Shown one piece after another: positions 16,886 through 25,491 of a stretch of DNA of 29,824 nt. Position 1 is the first letter of the stretch; every line of letters begins with the position of its first letter. The notes under the pieces were generated by a model that saw only the letters and a program-made list of their open reading frames with translations, searched no databases and was not told the DNA's origin. Source of the DNA: a virus (lineage: Duplodnaviria > Caudoviricetes); IMG/VR virus record IMGVR_UViG_3300030329_001380, positions 1 through 29,824 of that record, one strand, 5' to 3'. Made by a program: the position numbers and the translations under genes.

Positions 16886-19800
16886 TTTATCAGATAACTT
16901 TAAAAATGATATAATATTAACTGGACAAACATTAACACCTGTTGCAGTTATTACAGACCAAAATGATAATATATTATATACATTTTCTACACATAATTTA
17001 AAGATAACTAATGTAGATGTAGACCCTATATTAAAAGATGTATCTAAAATAAAAATCAACACAGATTATGATAAAAAAAATATTAAAGCAAATACTTTAA
17101 GAGCAAATATTTATAATTATTATGATACTAAAGATAGGCTTACAGATATATTTGATATGGTATCTAAAAGGATTTATTTATTTTACAAATCACCATTAAC
17201 TAGGACAATTAATTTTACTGATGAAATAAATAATACTGATTGTGCTTTAGTATATAAGGGCAGAATTACAAGAGTAGAACATAATCAACAAATTATTTCC
17301 ATATTAGCAGAAGATTCTACACAGGCTAAAATTAATAATAAAAGTGTTCCTTATATGACACAAGATAAATTATCTAATGATGTTAAAGATAGAATATTAG
17401 AAGAATACAAAGATGATAATATAACTATTCCTATGGTTTTTGGTAGTGTTGATAAAGCACCTGTGTTACCTTATTTAGACAAAAATAATGATAGAGTAAT
17501 GAATTTGTTATTTGATATACATCCTACAAGTGGACACTTTAAAACATCTAAAATACCTTCAGTAGCAGATAACATTTTACCAATAGATGATAATAACTAT
17601 TATTTATATATAAAAAGGGATAAAGATTTTATAATATGGAATCATGTTGACAAAACATTTAATTATCAAGATTATACATATTCAAGAGTAAGGGTTCATA
17701 ACTATCAAGGAAGTACAGACCAATATTTATTAAATCAATTACAAGATGATGCTCCTGAAGATGTTGGTTTATGGGATGTTCATGCTTTTGCAGAAAGACA
17801 GGTAGAATCTGCAACAACAGGTGATAACTCTATTTTAGATATTAGAAATTTAATAGTTGGGCAATCAGAGGAATCAGGAGGAAGTTTAGATTATTTAAAT
17901 AATAATGCTGGATATAAAAAAATATTTTATAGAGCAACAGACCCAATAGCAAATCATGATGTTTCAGAGGGCTATGATACTGATATATCAGGCTTTTGGT
18001 TTCAACAAGAAATATATACACAGGCAGACAATAGTGCAGGTGATGGTAGATTTATACTATTAAAGTTAGATAAGGGTGTTAATGATAGGTTGAGGTGTAT
18101 GAAGCAAGATGGTGTGTTTATAGGCAACACATTTTTATTGTCTAATTTTAAAATAAGATGTGAATGGGATAGTACTATGAACCCACATGATGATTTTTTT
18201 GTATTTGGTTTGCCAGCTGAAGTTGAGTATGCAGGATTTCATGTAGCACCAATAGCAATAGATATTTGGAGAGAAAGAGTACCTGAAATATTATCAAGAA
18301 TTACATCAGAAGGTGACCAAGATTGGGAAGATTTAATATTGCATCTACTTATAGAAACTGAAGAAGATTTAATGAATCATGGGCATCCCTATAATGCAGA
18401 CCCATTATATGATTATGCACCTGAACCATTTGCTTATCAAAACTCTCCAATAAGAATGCCAACACAAGAAACTACAAAACATAATAGGGAAGCTAAATAT
18501 TTTTCAGCAAATAATACTGAATCAGGGCATCCAGTTGTAGATACTGATAAACTAAAAAAAATACAGGGATTATATTATGGTGATACAGGAACAGATGAAA
18601 GAGTTTTATTACCAGCAGCTAATTCACATGATTATATAGCTATATTTGAATATTATCCTAGAGATTGGCATGATGCAGATTGGCATCACAGACAAAGATT
18701 AACAATTAACAATGTAGGGTTTTTGCAATCTGTTCATGCAGAAAACATAAGAGAAGATGAAATATTTGCATCTATTGTTGGTAGAAAATCACATTATTAT
18801 ACAGAAGAAATTTTAGCAGCTCCAACAGGAAACAATACACCAATAGTACCTGAATTAATAGAATTAATTAAAGGTAATGATAATGCTTATCCTGATTTTA
18901 ATGCTTTAATAGAATCCTACTATGCAACATTGCAAAGAAGTTTAGAGGGATATTATGATGGTGGAAACATAACACTATTAAATTCAGAATTAAATTCAAA
19001 CTTTTTAGAACTACTGCAACAATCATGGTCAGAGTTTAATAATGAAGATGATTCAGCAATTTATAGGAATTTTGAACTTTATAAAGAATTTATTTATAGT
19101 GTAAATAAAAAAATATTTGAAATAATGTATTACATGTATTATAGAAGCAATAGTATGCAATCTTTATTAAATGAAAATGTACCAGAAAGAGAGTATGCTT
19201 TAGTTGGAATTTTCTCATCTAATATAGTAAAGGCAGTAACAAAAAGAATGTTAGAATACATATATCAAACTGACATTGATATTGATATACCATTTAGTTT
19301 AGAATATGTTAACCCAAATTGGTATATGTCACAATCAGGTGCATGGTGGGCTGCTGATGTTTATTCAAGTGAAGAATTAACTTTAGAATCAATAGATTTA
19401 ACTGATTCTATCAATTTCCAATATAATTGGGATTTTGAAACAAATGAAGATGGAAATGATTGGATGAACAATTTAGTAACTTTTATAGATGACACTATAT
19501 ATTCAATTAATTATGCTTTATATGATGCTTTATCATCTGAAATAAGCCATGCTTGGCAAATAAATGAAAATAACAATGGTGGCTTTTGGTATGTTACTTA
19601 TTACCATAATGATGTTAATGAACAAGTACAACAATTTCCACAGCAATTTAGTTGGAGCAATAACCAAAACACAAATGAAATAACAAATACTATATTAGAA
19701 TCCTTATATATGACATGGAATAGTCTTCAAATTTCTAATGATTTTGCAACAACAACAGATGGAATTATTGAAAAACCATCAGATATAGTTATGAATATAA

Positions 19801-20972
19801 TGTGTTATGAATTAGGATATGGAAGAAGAATAAAAAATCAAGATATTGCAACACAATATAATATTGCTCCTGATTATAACCAATTTGACATGGAATCCAT
19901 TGAAAAATCAAGAAATGCACATGCTGGGTTTAAAATGGGTTTTGCCATTAATGAACAAATGGATTCTAAAAAATTAATAGAGGGTATATTACAAGAATCT
20001 AAATCATACCCAACATTTTCATCAGATGGCAAATTTGGATTAATGACAATAAAAGAATCATATACATTAGAAGATATTGATAGAGAAATAGATATTAATG
20101 ATGTATTAAAACATAAAATATCAAAAACAAAACAAGAAGATTTAATGACATCTTGCAAAATGATGTATAGGTTTAACAATGGAACAGATAATTATGATAT
20201 GGAAACTAGTACCTTACACATAGAAGAATTGTTGGTTGATTATACAGGATATGATAGTTATGGAATAACACAAGATGAAGGGCATAAAGATATAAAATTA
20301 AGATACCATACTGATATAGATACAGTTAATGAATTTCAAAAATATAAATTATTAAATGAATGCAATGTCCATAATTTAATAGATTTAACATTGCCATTAA
20401 GCTATATGGATTTAAATATGGGTGATATTATTCATATACCATTAAACCCAAATCAAAATTCTTATGGAATAGATTTTAGTAAAGTAACTTATTTAAATGG
20501 ACAGCATGTGTACCCTTTGTTTATGATTATGGGAATAACTATATCAAGTAATTCTGTGCAAATTACAGGCTATCAGTTACATTATCTAGGAACAGATGGT
20601 GACCATAAATTTGGTGTAGATTATGATATTGTAGGTTGTACTGAACAAATTAACACTTATGGTTATCAACTATATGATGGTAGTGGCAATACCAGCCATC
20701 CATCTAATTATGACCCTATTGCTAATTGGAACTACAATCCACTTGCAACAGTTCATAATAATATTGAAATACCATTTTATGATATAAATGGTGATGGGAT
20801 TATTAATGTTATAGATATAATAGATGTGGCAAATCATATTTTAGGAGAAGCAGAACTAACAGATTTACAAAAAGAAAGATTAAGCAACATAAATTGGGTT
20901 AGACCAGTTGAACCTGATGTAACACATATTACAAAAATGACATATATTATATTGGCACTTTGGAATGATTAA
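16878..20972 (+). CDS. Large tail-tip/baseplate hub protein with C-terminal dockerin-like (EF-hand) motif
   Basis: Follows TMP; YKGRITRV, IPMVFG and IEKPSDI...ELG tail-protein motifs; DINGDGIINVIDII...ILG at 20781-20846. Confidence 0.7.
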   Translation: MLNLSDNFKNDIILTGQTLTPVAVITDQNDNILYTFSTHNLKITNVDVDPILKDVSKIKINTDYDKKNIKANTLRANIYNYYDTKDRLTDIFDMVSKRIYLFYKSPLTRTINFTDEINNTDCALVYKGRITRVEHNQQIISILAEDSTQAKINNKSVPYMTQDKLSNDVKDRILEEYKDDNITIPMVFGSVDKAPVLPYLDKNNDRVMNLLFDIHPTSGHFKTSKIPSVADNILPIDDNNYYLYIKRDKDFIIWNHVDKTFNYQDYTYSRVRVHNYQGSTDQYLLNQLQDDAPEDVGLWDVHAFAERQVESATTGDNSILDIRNLIVGQSEESGGSLDYLNNNAGYKKIFYRATDPIANHDVSEGYDTDISGFWFQQEIYTQADNSAGDGRFILLKLDKGVNDRLRCMKQDGVFIGNTFLLSNFKIRCEWDSTMNPHDDFFVFGLPAEVEYAGFHVAPIAIDIWRERVPEILSRITSEGDQDWEDLILHLLIETEEDLMNHGHPYNADPLYDYAPEPFAYQNSPIRMPTQETTKHNREAKYFSANNTESGHPVVDTDKLKKIQGLYYGDTGTDERVLLPAANSHDYIAIFEYYPRDWHDADWHHRQRLTINNVGFLQSVHAENIREDEIFASIVGRKSHYYTEEILAAPTGNNTPIVPELIELIKGNDNAYPDFNALIESYYATLQRSLEGYYDGGNITLLNSELNSNFLELLQQSWSEFNNEDDSAIYRNFELYKEFIYSVNKKIFEIMYYMYYRSNSMQSLLNENVPEREYALVGIFSSNIVKAVTKRMLEYIYQTDIDIDIPFSLEYVNPNWYMSQSGAWWAADVYSSEELTLESIDLTDSINFQYNWDFETNEDGNDWMNNLVTFIDDTIYSINYALYDALSSEISHAWQINENNNGGFWYVTYYHNDVNEQVQQFPQQFSWSNNQNTNEITNTILESLYMTWNSLQISNDFATTTDGIIEKPSDIVMNIMCYELGYGRRIKNQDIATQYNIAPDYNQFDMESIEKSRNAHAGFKMGFAINEQMDSKKLIEGILQESKSYPTFSSDGKFGLMTIKESYTLEDIDREIDINDVLKHKISKTKQEDLMTSCKMMYRFNNGTDNYDMETSTLHIEELLVDYTGYDSYGITQDEGHKDIKLRYHTDIDTVNEFQKYKLLNECNVHNLIDLTLPLSYMDLNMGDIIHIPLNPNQNSYGIDFSKVTYLNGQHVYPLFMIMGITISSNSVQITGYQLHYLGTDGDHKFGVDYDIVGCTEQINTYGYQLYDGSGNTSHPSNYDPIANWNYNPLATVHNNIEIPFYDINGDGIINVIDIIDVANHILGEAELTDLQKERLSNINWVRPVEPDVTHITKMTYIILALWND

Positions 20973-21672
20973 AAATAAAAACAACATAGGCAGAATAAAT
21001 ATTACTGAAACAAATGTTTCAATAGATACTGATATAAATTATAGAGCAATAGAATTGCATTATACAAAAACAATGTCTATTGAAGGATTGATGCCTAGTT
21101 ATTTTTTAATTAAAAAAAGTGAAAACAAAATATTAATAATAAAATTTCAAGAAAACAATCATATACAAGAAGAATTATTTTCATATATTGGTGAATGTAA
21201 TATAACAAGAGCATATTTAGTTAATGAAGAACACATATTGCAGGAATTAAGAATTAATAGAGCATCATTAGATAATTATAATTTATTAGAAAATCAAGAT
21301 TGGGCTACATTAACAAGGAGCTGGGAAGATATAAGTTTTGAAGGTAGAAATAATGATATTAAAAAATTAAATATTAAACACATTAGAGATAAAGAAGCAG
21401 GAACACATACAATAGTAAGAGAGCCTGTTAATAAAATACAAAGAGTAGCACAAAAAGATAGATTAAACAACATATTATCAGGACTTAACACCAAAGGTCA
21501 AGAATATAGAAAAGCAGCTAATAATCAAGAATATGCAGGTGATTATTATGTTGATTTAAATACAAATGAATTATATACAGATAATGATGAATTACTAAAA
21601 CCAATAAAAGATATAAAACAAATTAGAAAAGGAAAGCAGTATGGCACAAGGACACCATCAAATAATTACTAA
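20965..21672 (+). CDS. Hypothetical tail-region protein (N-terminal beta-sandwich, possibly cohesin-like)
   Basis: Overlaps the upstream stop; N-terminal ~90 aa of alternating beta-strands. Confidence 0.5.
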   Translation: MIKNKNNIGRINITETNVSIDTDINYRAIELHYTKTMSIEGLMPSYFLIKKSENKILIIKFQENNHIQEELFSYIGECNITRAYLVNEEHILQELRINRASLDNYNLLENQDWATLTRSWEDISFEGRNNDIKKLNIKHIRDKEAGTHTIVREPVNKIQRVAQKDRLNNILSGLNTKGQEYRKAANNQEYAGDYYVDLNTNELYTDNDELLKPIKDIKQIRKGKQYGTRTPSNNY

Positions 21673-22915
21673 ACCAAGATTGTATATGTCTTATCCATTG
21701 TATTTATATGCTATGGGTGGATTAGATTTTGTAACAACAGATTCAAGTGAATTAACAAAAGAGGATGTGTATAGGCTTATATCATTAAATCCATCAAAAA
21801 AAACAAGCATACCAAATCATACAAATATATTGTATAATTTAATGCCAAAATATGATATGACAGAGAGTGAATATATGGCAGCACCACAGCCACCTATAAA
21901 TTTTTTATTTGATACTATAAATACTTATGCTATGGTTTTAGGTAGTACAACAACAGGAACACCACATGTTTATCCTTATGGTTTAGGATATTTAGGTAAT
22001 CCAGATACATCAGGTTTTGGTTTTGAAGGTTTTGGTTTTGAGAATAGTAATTTAAGACCATTTAAAATGTTAGGTCCTCCAACTTATGAATATAATCAAG
22101 AAACTGAAGAAGGTGTATGGACTGAAGATGGCACTATTGAACAAGGTGATGTTGAATCTATTATTAATTATCCACCACAATACAAAGGCTTTTCTGCTTG
22201 GAGATTAAAATATATGCCAGATTTACCAGAAGGTCCTGATTTGTCAAATATTGACCAAATGTATTGGGATGCCTTTTGGGAGAATTATAATAACTCTTTA
22301 ATGGATATAGGCTCTTATTACACAAGGCACATGGGATTTGAACTTCCTGCTGGAGATTATGGCAGCCTTCTTTATGGTAAATTTTGGGATTTTCCACAAA
22401 ATGCAGAATTAAGCCAATCAATGTCTTTTAGCTATGGTAGAAAGCAAAGTAAATCTGTATCAGGTAAAACATTAAGTTCATTACAATATGATAGACCTGA
22501 TGAATGGGTATCAGGTGAGCCATTTGGACTAGGAAGCACTAAAAACAATCCATATAGAAGGTCAGGAGTAAGAACATGGGATGTAGCATTTACTAGCCTA
22601 GAACCAAAACATTTAATGAGCCAAAATATAATGGAAAATTCTTATGGTTATGAAGCACAAGATAATCATTCTACTGTTAATAATAACCTAGACCCTGTTT
22701 CTAGCCTTTATAATAGCTTTAATTCAGTAGATTTTCAAAATAATGTAATGAAGTTTACTATGGGTGGACACTTACCAATGGTACTATGCACAGATGCAAA
22801 TGATACATCACCAAGTAACTGGGCTATTGTAAGAATTAAGCAAGATACACTACAAATAACACAGAAATCACCTAATTTATATAGCTTTAAAATGACTTTA
22901 GAAGAACAAATCTAA
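21641..22915 (+). CDS. Tail protein, distal-tail (Dit)-like with inserted domain
   Basis: C-terminal GKFWDFP...SFSYG...RTWDVAF...YSFKMTLEEQI resembles distal tail folds; last gene before the terminator. Confidence 0.5.
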   Translation: MAQGHHQIITKPRLYMSYPLYLYAMGGLDFVTTDSSELTKEDVYRLISLNPSKKTSIPNHTNILYNLMPKYDMTESEYMAAPQPPINFLFDTINTYAMVLGSTTTGTPHVYPYGLGYLGNPDTSGFGFEGFGFENSNLRPFKMLGPPTYEYNQETEEGVWTEDGTIEQGDVESIINYPPQYKGFSAWRLKYMPDLPEGPDLSNIDQMYWDAFWENYNNSLMDIGSYYTRHMGFELPAGDYGSLLYGKFWDFPQNAELSQSMSFSYGRKQSKSVSGKTLSSLQYDRPDEWVSGEPFGLGSTKNNPYRRSGVRTWDVAFTSLEPKHLMSQNIMENSYGYEAQDNHSTVNNNLDPVSSLYNSFNSVDFQNNVMKFTMGGHLPMVLCTDANDTSPSNWAIVRIKQDTLQITQKSPNLYSFKMTLEEQI

Positions 22916-22951
22916 TCCCTCCCTTATCCTCTTACACTCAATGGATTAGGT
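22910..22951 (+). ncRNA. Putative 3'UTR stem-loop with anti-Shine-Dalgarno loop
   Basis: Stem CTAATCC/GGATTAG; 24-nt loop CTCCCTTATCCTCTTACACTCAAT complementary to GAGGATAAG RBSs at 14068 and 23961. Confidence 0.45.
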
Positions 22952-22954
22952 AAG

Positions 22955-22990
22955 AAACCCCTTCAGAAATGTTGGGGTTTTTTATTTATT
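22955..22990 (+). terminator. Rho-independent terminator ending the late operon
   Basis: AAACCCC-N12-GGGGTTT followed by a long T-rich tract. Confidence 0.8.
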
Positions 22991-23001
22991 TTATTTTTTT
23001 A

Positions 23002-23031
23002 TTGTTTTATATTAATATTATTTTATATATT
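23002..23031 (+). promoter_or_regulatory. Putative sigma70-like early promoter
   Basis: TTGTTT (23002-23007), 18-bp spacer, TATATT (23026-23031), with T-rich upstream element, ahead of the small-gene cluster. Confidence 0.55.
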
Positions 23032-23050
23032 ACTTGTAGTGAAAGTTAAC

Positions 23051-23260
23051 AAACAGGAGAAACATAAAATGGTAAAATTAAATTCAAAAGATATATTTAA
23101 CAAAAAAGATTGTGATGTGTATTATGACACAACAAATAAAGTAACAACATATATTCCTAAAGGAAAAGATTATAAAGTTCCTTCAAGAAAAAATCAAAAT
23201 CTAATTAAAATAAACAATTAAACAAAACAGGAGAAACATAAGATGGTAAAATTAAATTCA
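23051..23260 (+). repeat. 36-bp direct repeat covering RBS and first six codons (23051-23086 and 23225-23260)
   Basis: AAACAGGAGAAACATAA(A/G)ATGGTAAAATTAAATTCA, 35/36 identical. Confidence 0.9.
23069..23221 (+). CDS. Small early hypothetical protein (50 aa)
   Basis: AGGAG RBS favours ATG 23069 over the track start 23039; MVKLNSKDIF... Confidence 0.65.
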   Translation: MVKLNSKDIFNKKDCDVYYDTTNKVTTYIPKGKDYKVPSRKNQNLIKINN

Positions 23261-23437
23261 GTAGGTTCAATATTAGATACAAAAACTTTTAATGTATATC
23301 CACAAAATAATGATGGTACACCTGATTTAGATTGTGGTGTGTATGTTTTGGATTGTGATGTAGAATGGGTAAATTCTTTAAGTAAAGAAGATTTACAAAC
23401 TCTTAATGATATGAATATAATTAATTATAAAAAATAA
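23243..23437 (+). CDS. Small early hypothetical protein
   Basis: AGGAG RBS; MVKLNSVGS...; 64 aa. Confidence 0.7.
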   Translation: MVKLNSVGSILDTKTFNVYPQNNDGTPDLDCGVYVLDCDVEWVNSLSKEDLQTLNDMNIINYKK

Positions 23438-23447
23438 TTAAAAACAA

Positions 23448-23469
23448 GGGAGGGTGTAAAAACCCTCCC
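23448..23469. other. GC-rich intergenic hairpin
   Basis: GGGAGGGT-GTAAAA-ACCCTCCC perfect 8-bp stem; no U-tail on +, T-rich tail on - strand. Confidence 0.7.
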
Positions 23470-23487
23470 ACAAAACAGGAGAAACAA

Positions 23488-23748
23488 ATGGAAATTGGAA
23501 AAAAAGTAAATGTGGGAAATAGTAGTTATGGCATGAAAAATGTTGTTATGGAATTAGTTGAAAGAATTGAACACAGATGCAAAGAATCAGAATGTGAAAA
23601 TCATAAAGCAGAAGAATGTTTAGATTGCCATGATATTGATACTTGGGATTGTAGTGGTTGTAATGATGATGATGCAACAGTTTTTCATCATAAAGTAGGT
23701 TACAATTATAGTCCTAAATGTGATGGTTGTGGTGGTGGTTGGAATTAA
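23488..23748 (+). CDS. Cys/His-rich (Zn-binding-like) early protein
   Basis: AGGAG RBS; Cx4C, CxxC, CxxC, CxxC. Confidence 0.65.
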   Translation: MEIGKKVNVGNSSYGMKNVVMELVERIEHRCKESECENHKAEECLDCHDIDTWDCSGCNDDDATVFHHKVGYNYSPKCDGCGGGWN

Positions 23749-23773
23749 AATAAAAACAAAATAGGAGAAACAA

Positions 23774-23968
23774 ATGGACAATAAAATTAAACAATTTATT
23801 AGAGATTTATACAAAAGTTTACACCTACCTTATAATGCAAGTGATTATGTAGGATATTTAAAAACAGATACAGAATATAAAGCAGTTCAAGATAATTGCA
23901 TGATTCATATAGACCATGAGTTTAAAAGTTATAGAATAGAACCATTTAAATCAATAAATAGAGGATAA
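23774..23968 (+). CDS. Small early hypothetical protein
   Basis: AGGAGAAACAAATG initiation motif shared with neighbours. Confidence 0.65.
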   Translation: MDNKIKQFIRDLYKSLHLPYNASDYVGYLKTDTEYKAVQDNCMIHIDHEFKSYRIEPFKSINRG

Positions 23969-23972
23969 GAAA

Positions 23973-24608
23973 ATGCCAGTAAATATACATGGAAAAGAAT
24001 ACTACACAGTAGTAGAGAGAATGAAAATAATGTTAAAAGATACTAATAAGTATAGCATACATACAGAACTAATTAAATTAGAAGCAGGTATTGTTGTAGT
24101 GAAGGCTATTTTAGATACAGAAAGAGGAACTTATACAGGACATGCTATGGAAGAAATAGGTTCTAGCCAAATTAATAAAACTTCAGCACTTGAGAATTGT
24201 GAAACATCTGCAATAGGCAGGGCATTATCTAGTGCAGGATATTTTGGTAGTGAGTTTTGTAGTGCTAATGAATTAGAAAATGCTTTAAATCAACAATCTA
24301 AACCAGTAAAAAAACCTGATGCAATAGCACAGGCAGAAAAAACATTTGGCAAAGAAAATGTTGTAGCATTTCCTGAAACAGATAATGTTAAAACAATTAA
24401 TTTTGGTAAGCATAAAGGCAGTTCTTGGGCTGATGTGCCTATTGACTATATAGATTGGTTGATTTCTAAAGGTTCTGTTGATTGGCAGAAAGAAGAAGCA
24501 CAGCAAGAAAAAGATAGAAGAAATCCAAGTGAGCCAAAAAGAAAAGCAGGTGGTATGAGTGAAGCAGCATTAATGGAAGAAGAAAAACTAGAAGAAATAC
24601 CTTTTTAG
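23973..24608 (+). CDS. Single-strand annealing protein (Sak/Rad52-like) with FGKHKG domain and acidic tail
   Basis: GKEYxTVxER...TGHAxE...INKTSALENCETSAIGRAL; INFGKHKG...VPIDYIDWL; ends EEIPF. Confidence 0.65.
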   Translation: MPVNIHGKEYYTVVERMKIMLKDTNKYSIHTELIKLEAGIVVVKAILDTERGTYTGHAMEEIGSSQINKTSALENCETSAIGRALSSAGYFGSEFCSANELENALNQQSKPVKKPDAIAQAEKTFGKENVVAFPETDNVKTINFGKHKGSSWADVPIDYIDWLISKGSVDWQKEEAQQEKDRRNPSEPKRKAGGMSEAALMEEEKLEEIPF

Positions 24609-24613
24609 GAGGA

Positions 24614-24772
24614 ATGATGACAGATAAAGTAAAAAATGCAAGAGTAATAGCAATACATTCAAAAATACACCATGATTTAAAAGTATATGCAGCAGTTCAT
24701 GGTTTAAGCATAGCTGAAGTTGCAGAGTATGCTATTGTTAATTACATTAAAAAGGAGAAACAAAATGGCTAA
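24614..24772 (+). CDS. Ribbon-helix-helix-like DNA-binding protein (52 aa)
   Basis: Not in ORF track. AGGAGG RBS; MMTDKVKNARVIAIHSKIHHDLKVYAAVHGLSIAEVAEYAIVNYIKKEKQNG* gives a strand-helix-G-x-S-helix pattern. Confidence 0.7.
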   Translation: MMTDKVKNARVIAIHSKIHHDLKVYAAVHGLSIAEVAEYAIVNYIKKEKQNG

Positions 24773-25223
24773 TTGTAATGATGTTATTGAAAAAAGAATA
24801 AGTGAATCTAATGGTTCAATTATTAGTGCTAAAGAGTACTATAATAATAAAGGAGAATATGTAGATGATTTTGCTTGGGTGGATAGACAGGAGTTTATGA
24901 CACACCAAGAAAGGCAGAGGATTCCCTTTGAAATCATGAAAATGCCTGATTTAATGGTAGTTTGCAAAGAAAAGGGTTCAAGGTTAGTTGAAGTAAAATC
25001 AGGTTGTGATGACCATGTAAAATTAAAATTTGAAGATATAGATGGTTATAGATACTGGAATAAAATATGTGATGTTTATTTTCATATAGGAAACAAGCCA
25101 TATATCATATCTTTTAATAAAATGCACCAGCTATACTTAAATAATAAGGATACATATAAGCATGATTTTATGCCTGATAATATGAAAGCATACTTTGAGT
25201 TACCTTATAAGGATATTAAATGA
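24765..25223 (+). CDS. PD-(D/E)XK-family nuclease-like protein
   Basis: AGGAGAAAC RBS gives start 24765; MPDLMVV...LVEVKS catalytic motif. Confidence 0.65.
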   Translation: MANCNDVIEKRISESNGSIISAKEYYNNKGEYVDDFAWVDRQEFMTHQERQRIPFEIMKMPDLMVVCKEKGSRLVEVKSGCDDHVKLKFEDIDGYRYWNKICDVYFHIGNKPYIISFNKMHQLYLNNKDTYKHDFMPDNMKAYFELPYKDIK

Positions 25224-25411
25224 AAAATCTGCCAAAAAAGAAATATCCTGAAAGAACACATTGTATAGATTGCAATGATGAGTTTAATAAGGAAAATTCT
25301 TATAAAACACAAGGCAGAATAGATAGCAGATGTATTAAGTGTAGAAGAAAGTATATTAACAAGGTAAATAAAAAAAGATATAAAGCATTAAAGGAAAGTA
25401 AGTGGTTTTGA
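25220..25411 (+). CDS. Small Zn-finger protein
   Basis: CxxC-x17-CxxC, basic; ATGA overlap with upstream stop. Confidence 0.65.
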   Translation: MKNLPKKKYPERTHCIDCNDEFNKENSYKTQGRIDSRCIKCRRKYINKVNKKRYKALKESKWF

Positions 25412-25491
25412 TATGAAATTACAATATTATAGATGCTCAAAATGTAGTAAATTAGGTACAAACAAAAGACATCATAGAAGGGAGAAAAAAG

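Noticed and set aside
7856-22915. Diversity-generating retroelement or invertible tail-fibre cassette
   Set aside because: No reverse transcriptase, recombinase or template/variable repeat pair seen.
23048-23776. CRISPR array or attC/integron interpretation of the 36-bp repeat
   Set aside because: Only two full copies, 174 bp apart, each comprising an RBS and start codons of ORFs; no cas or integrase gene, and not palindromic.
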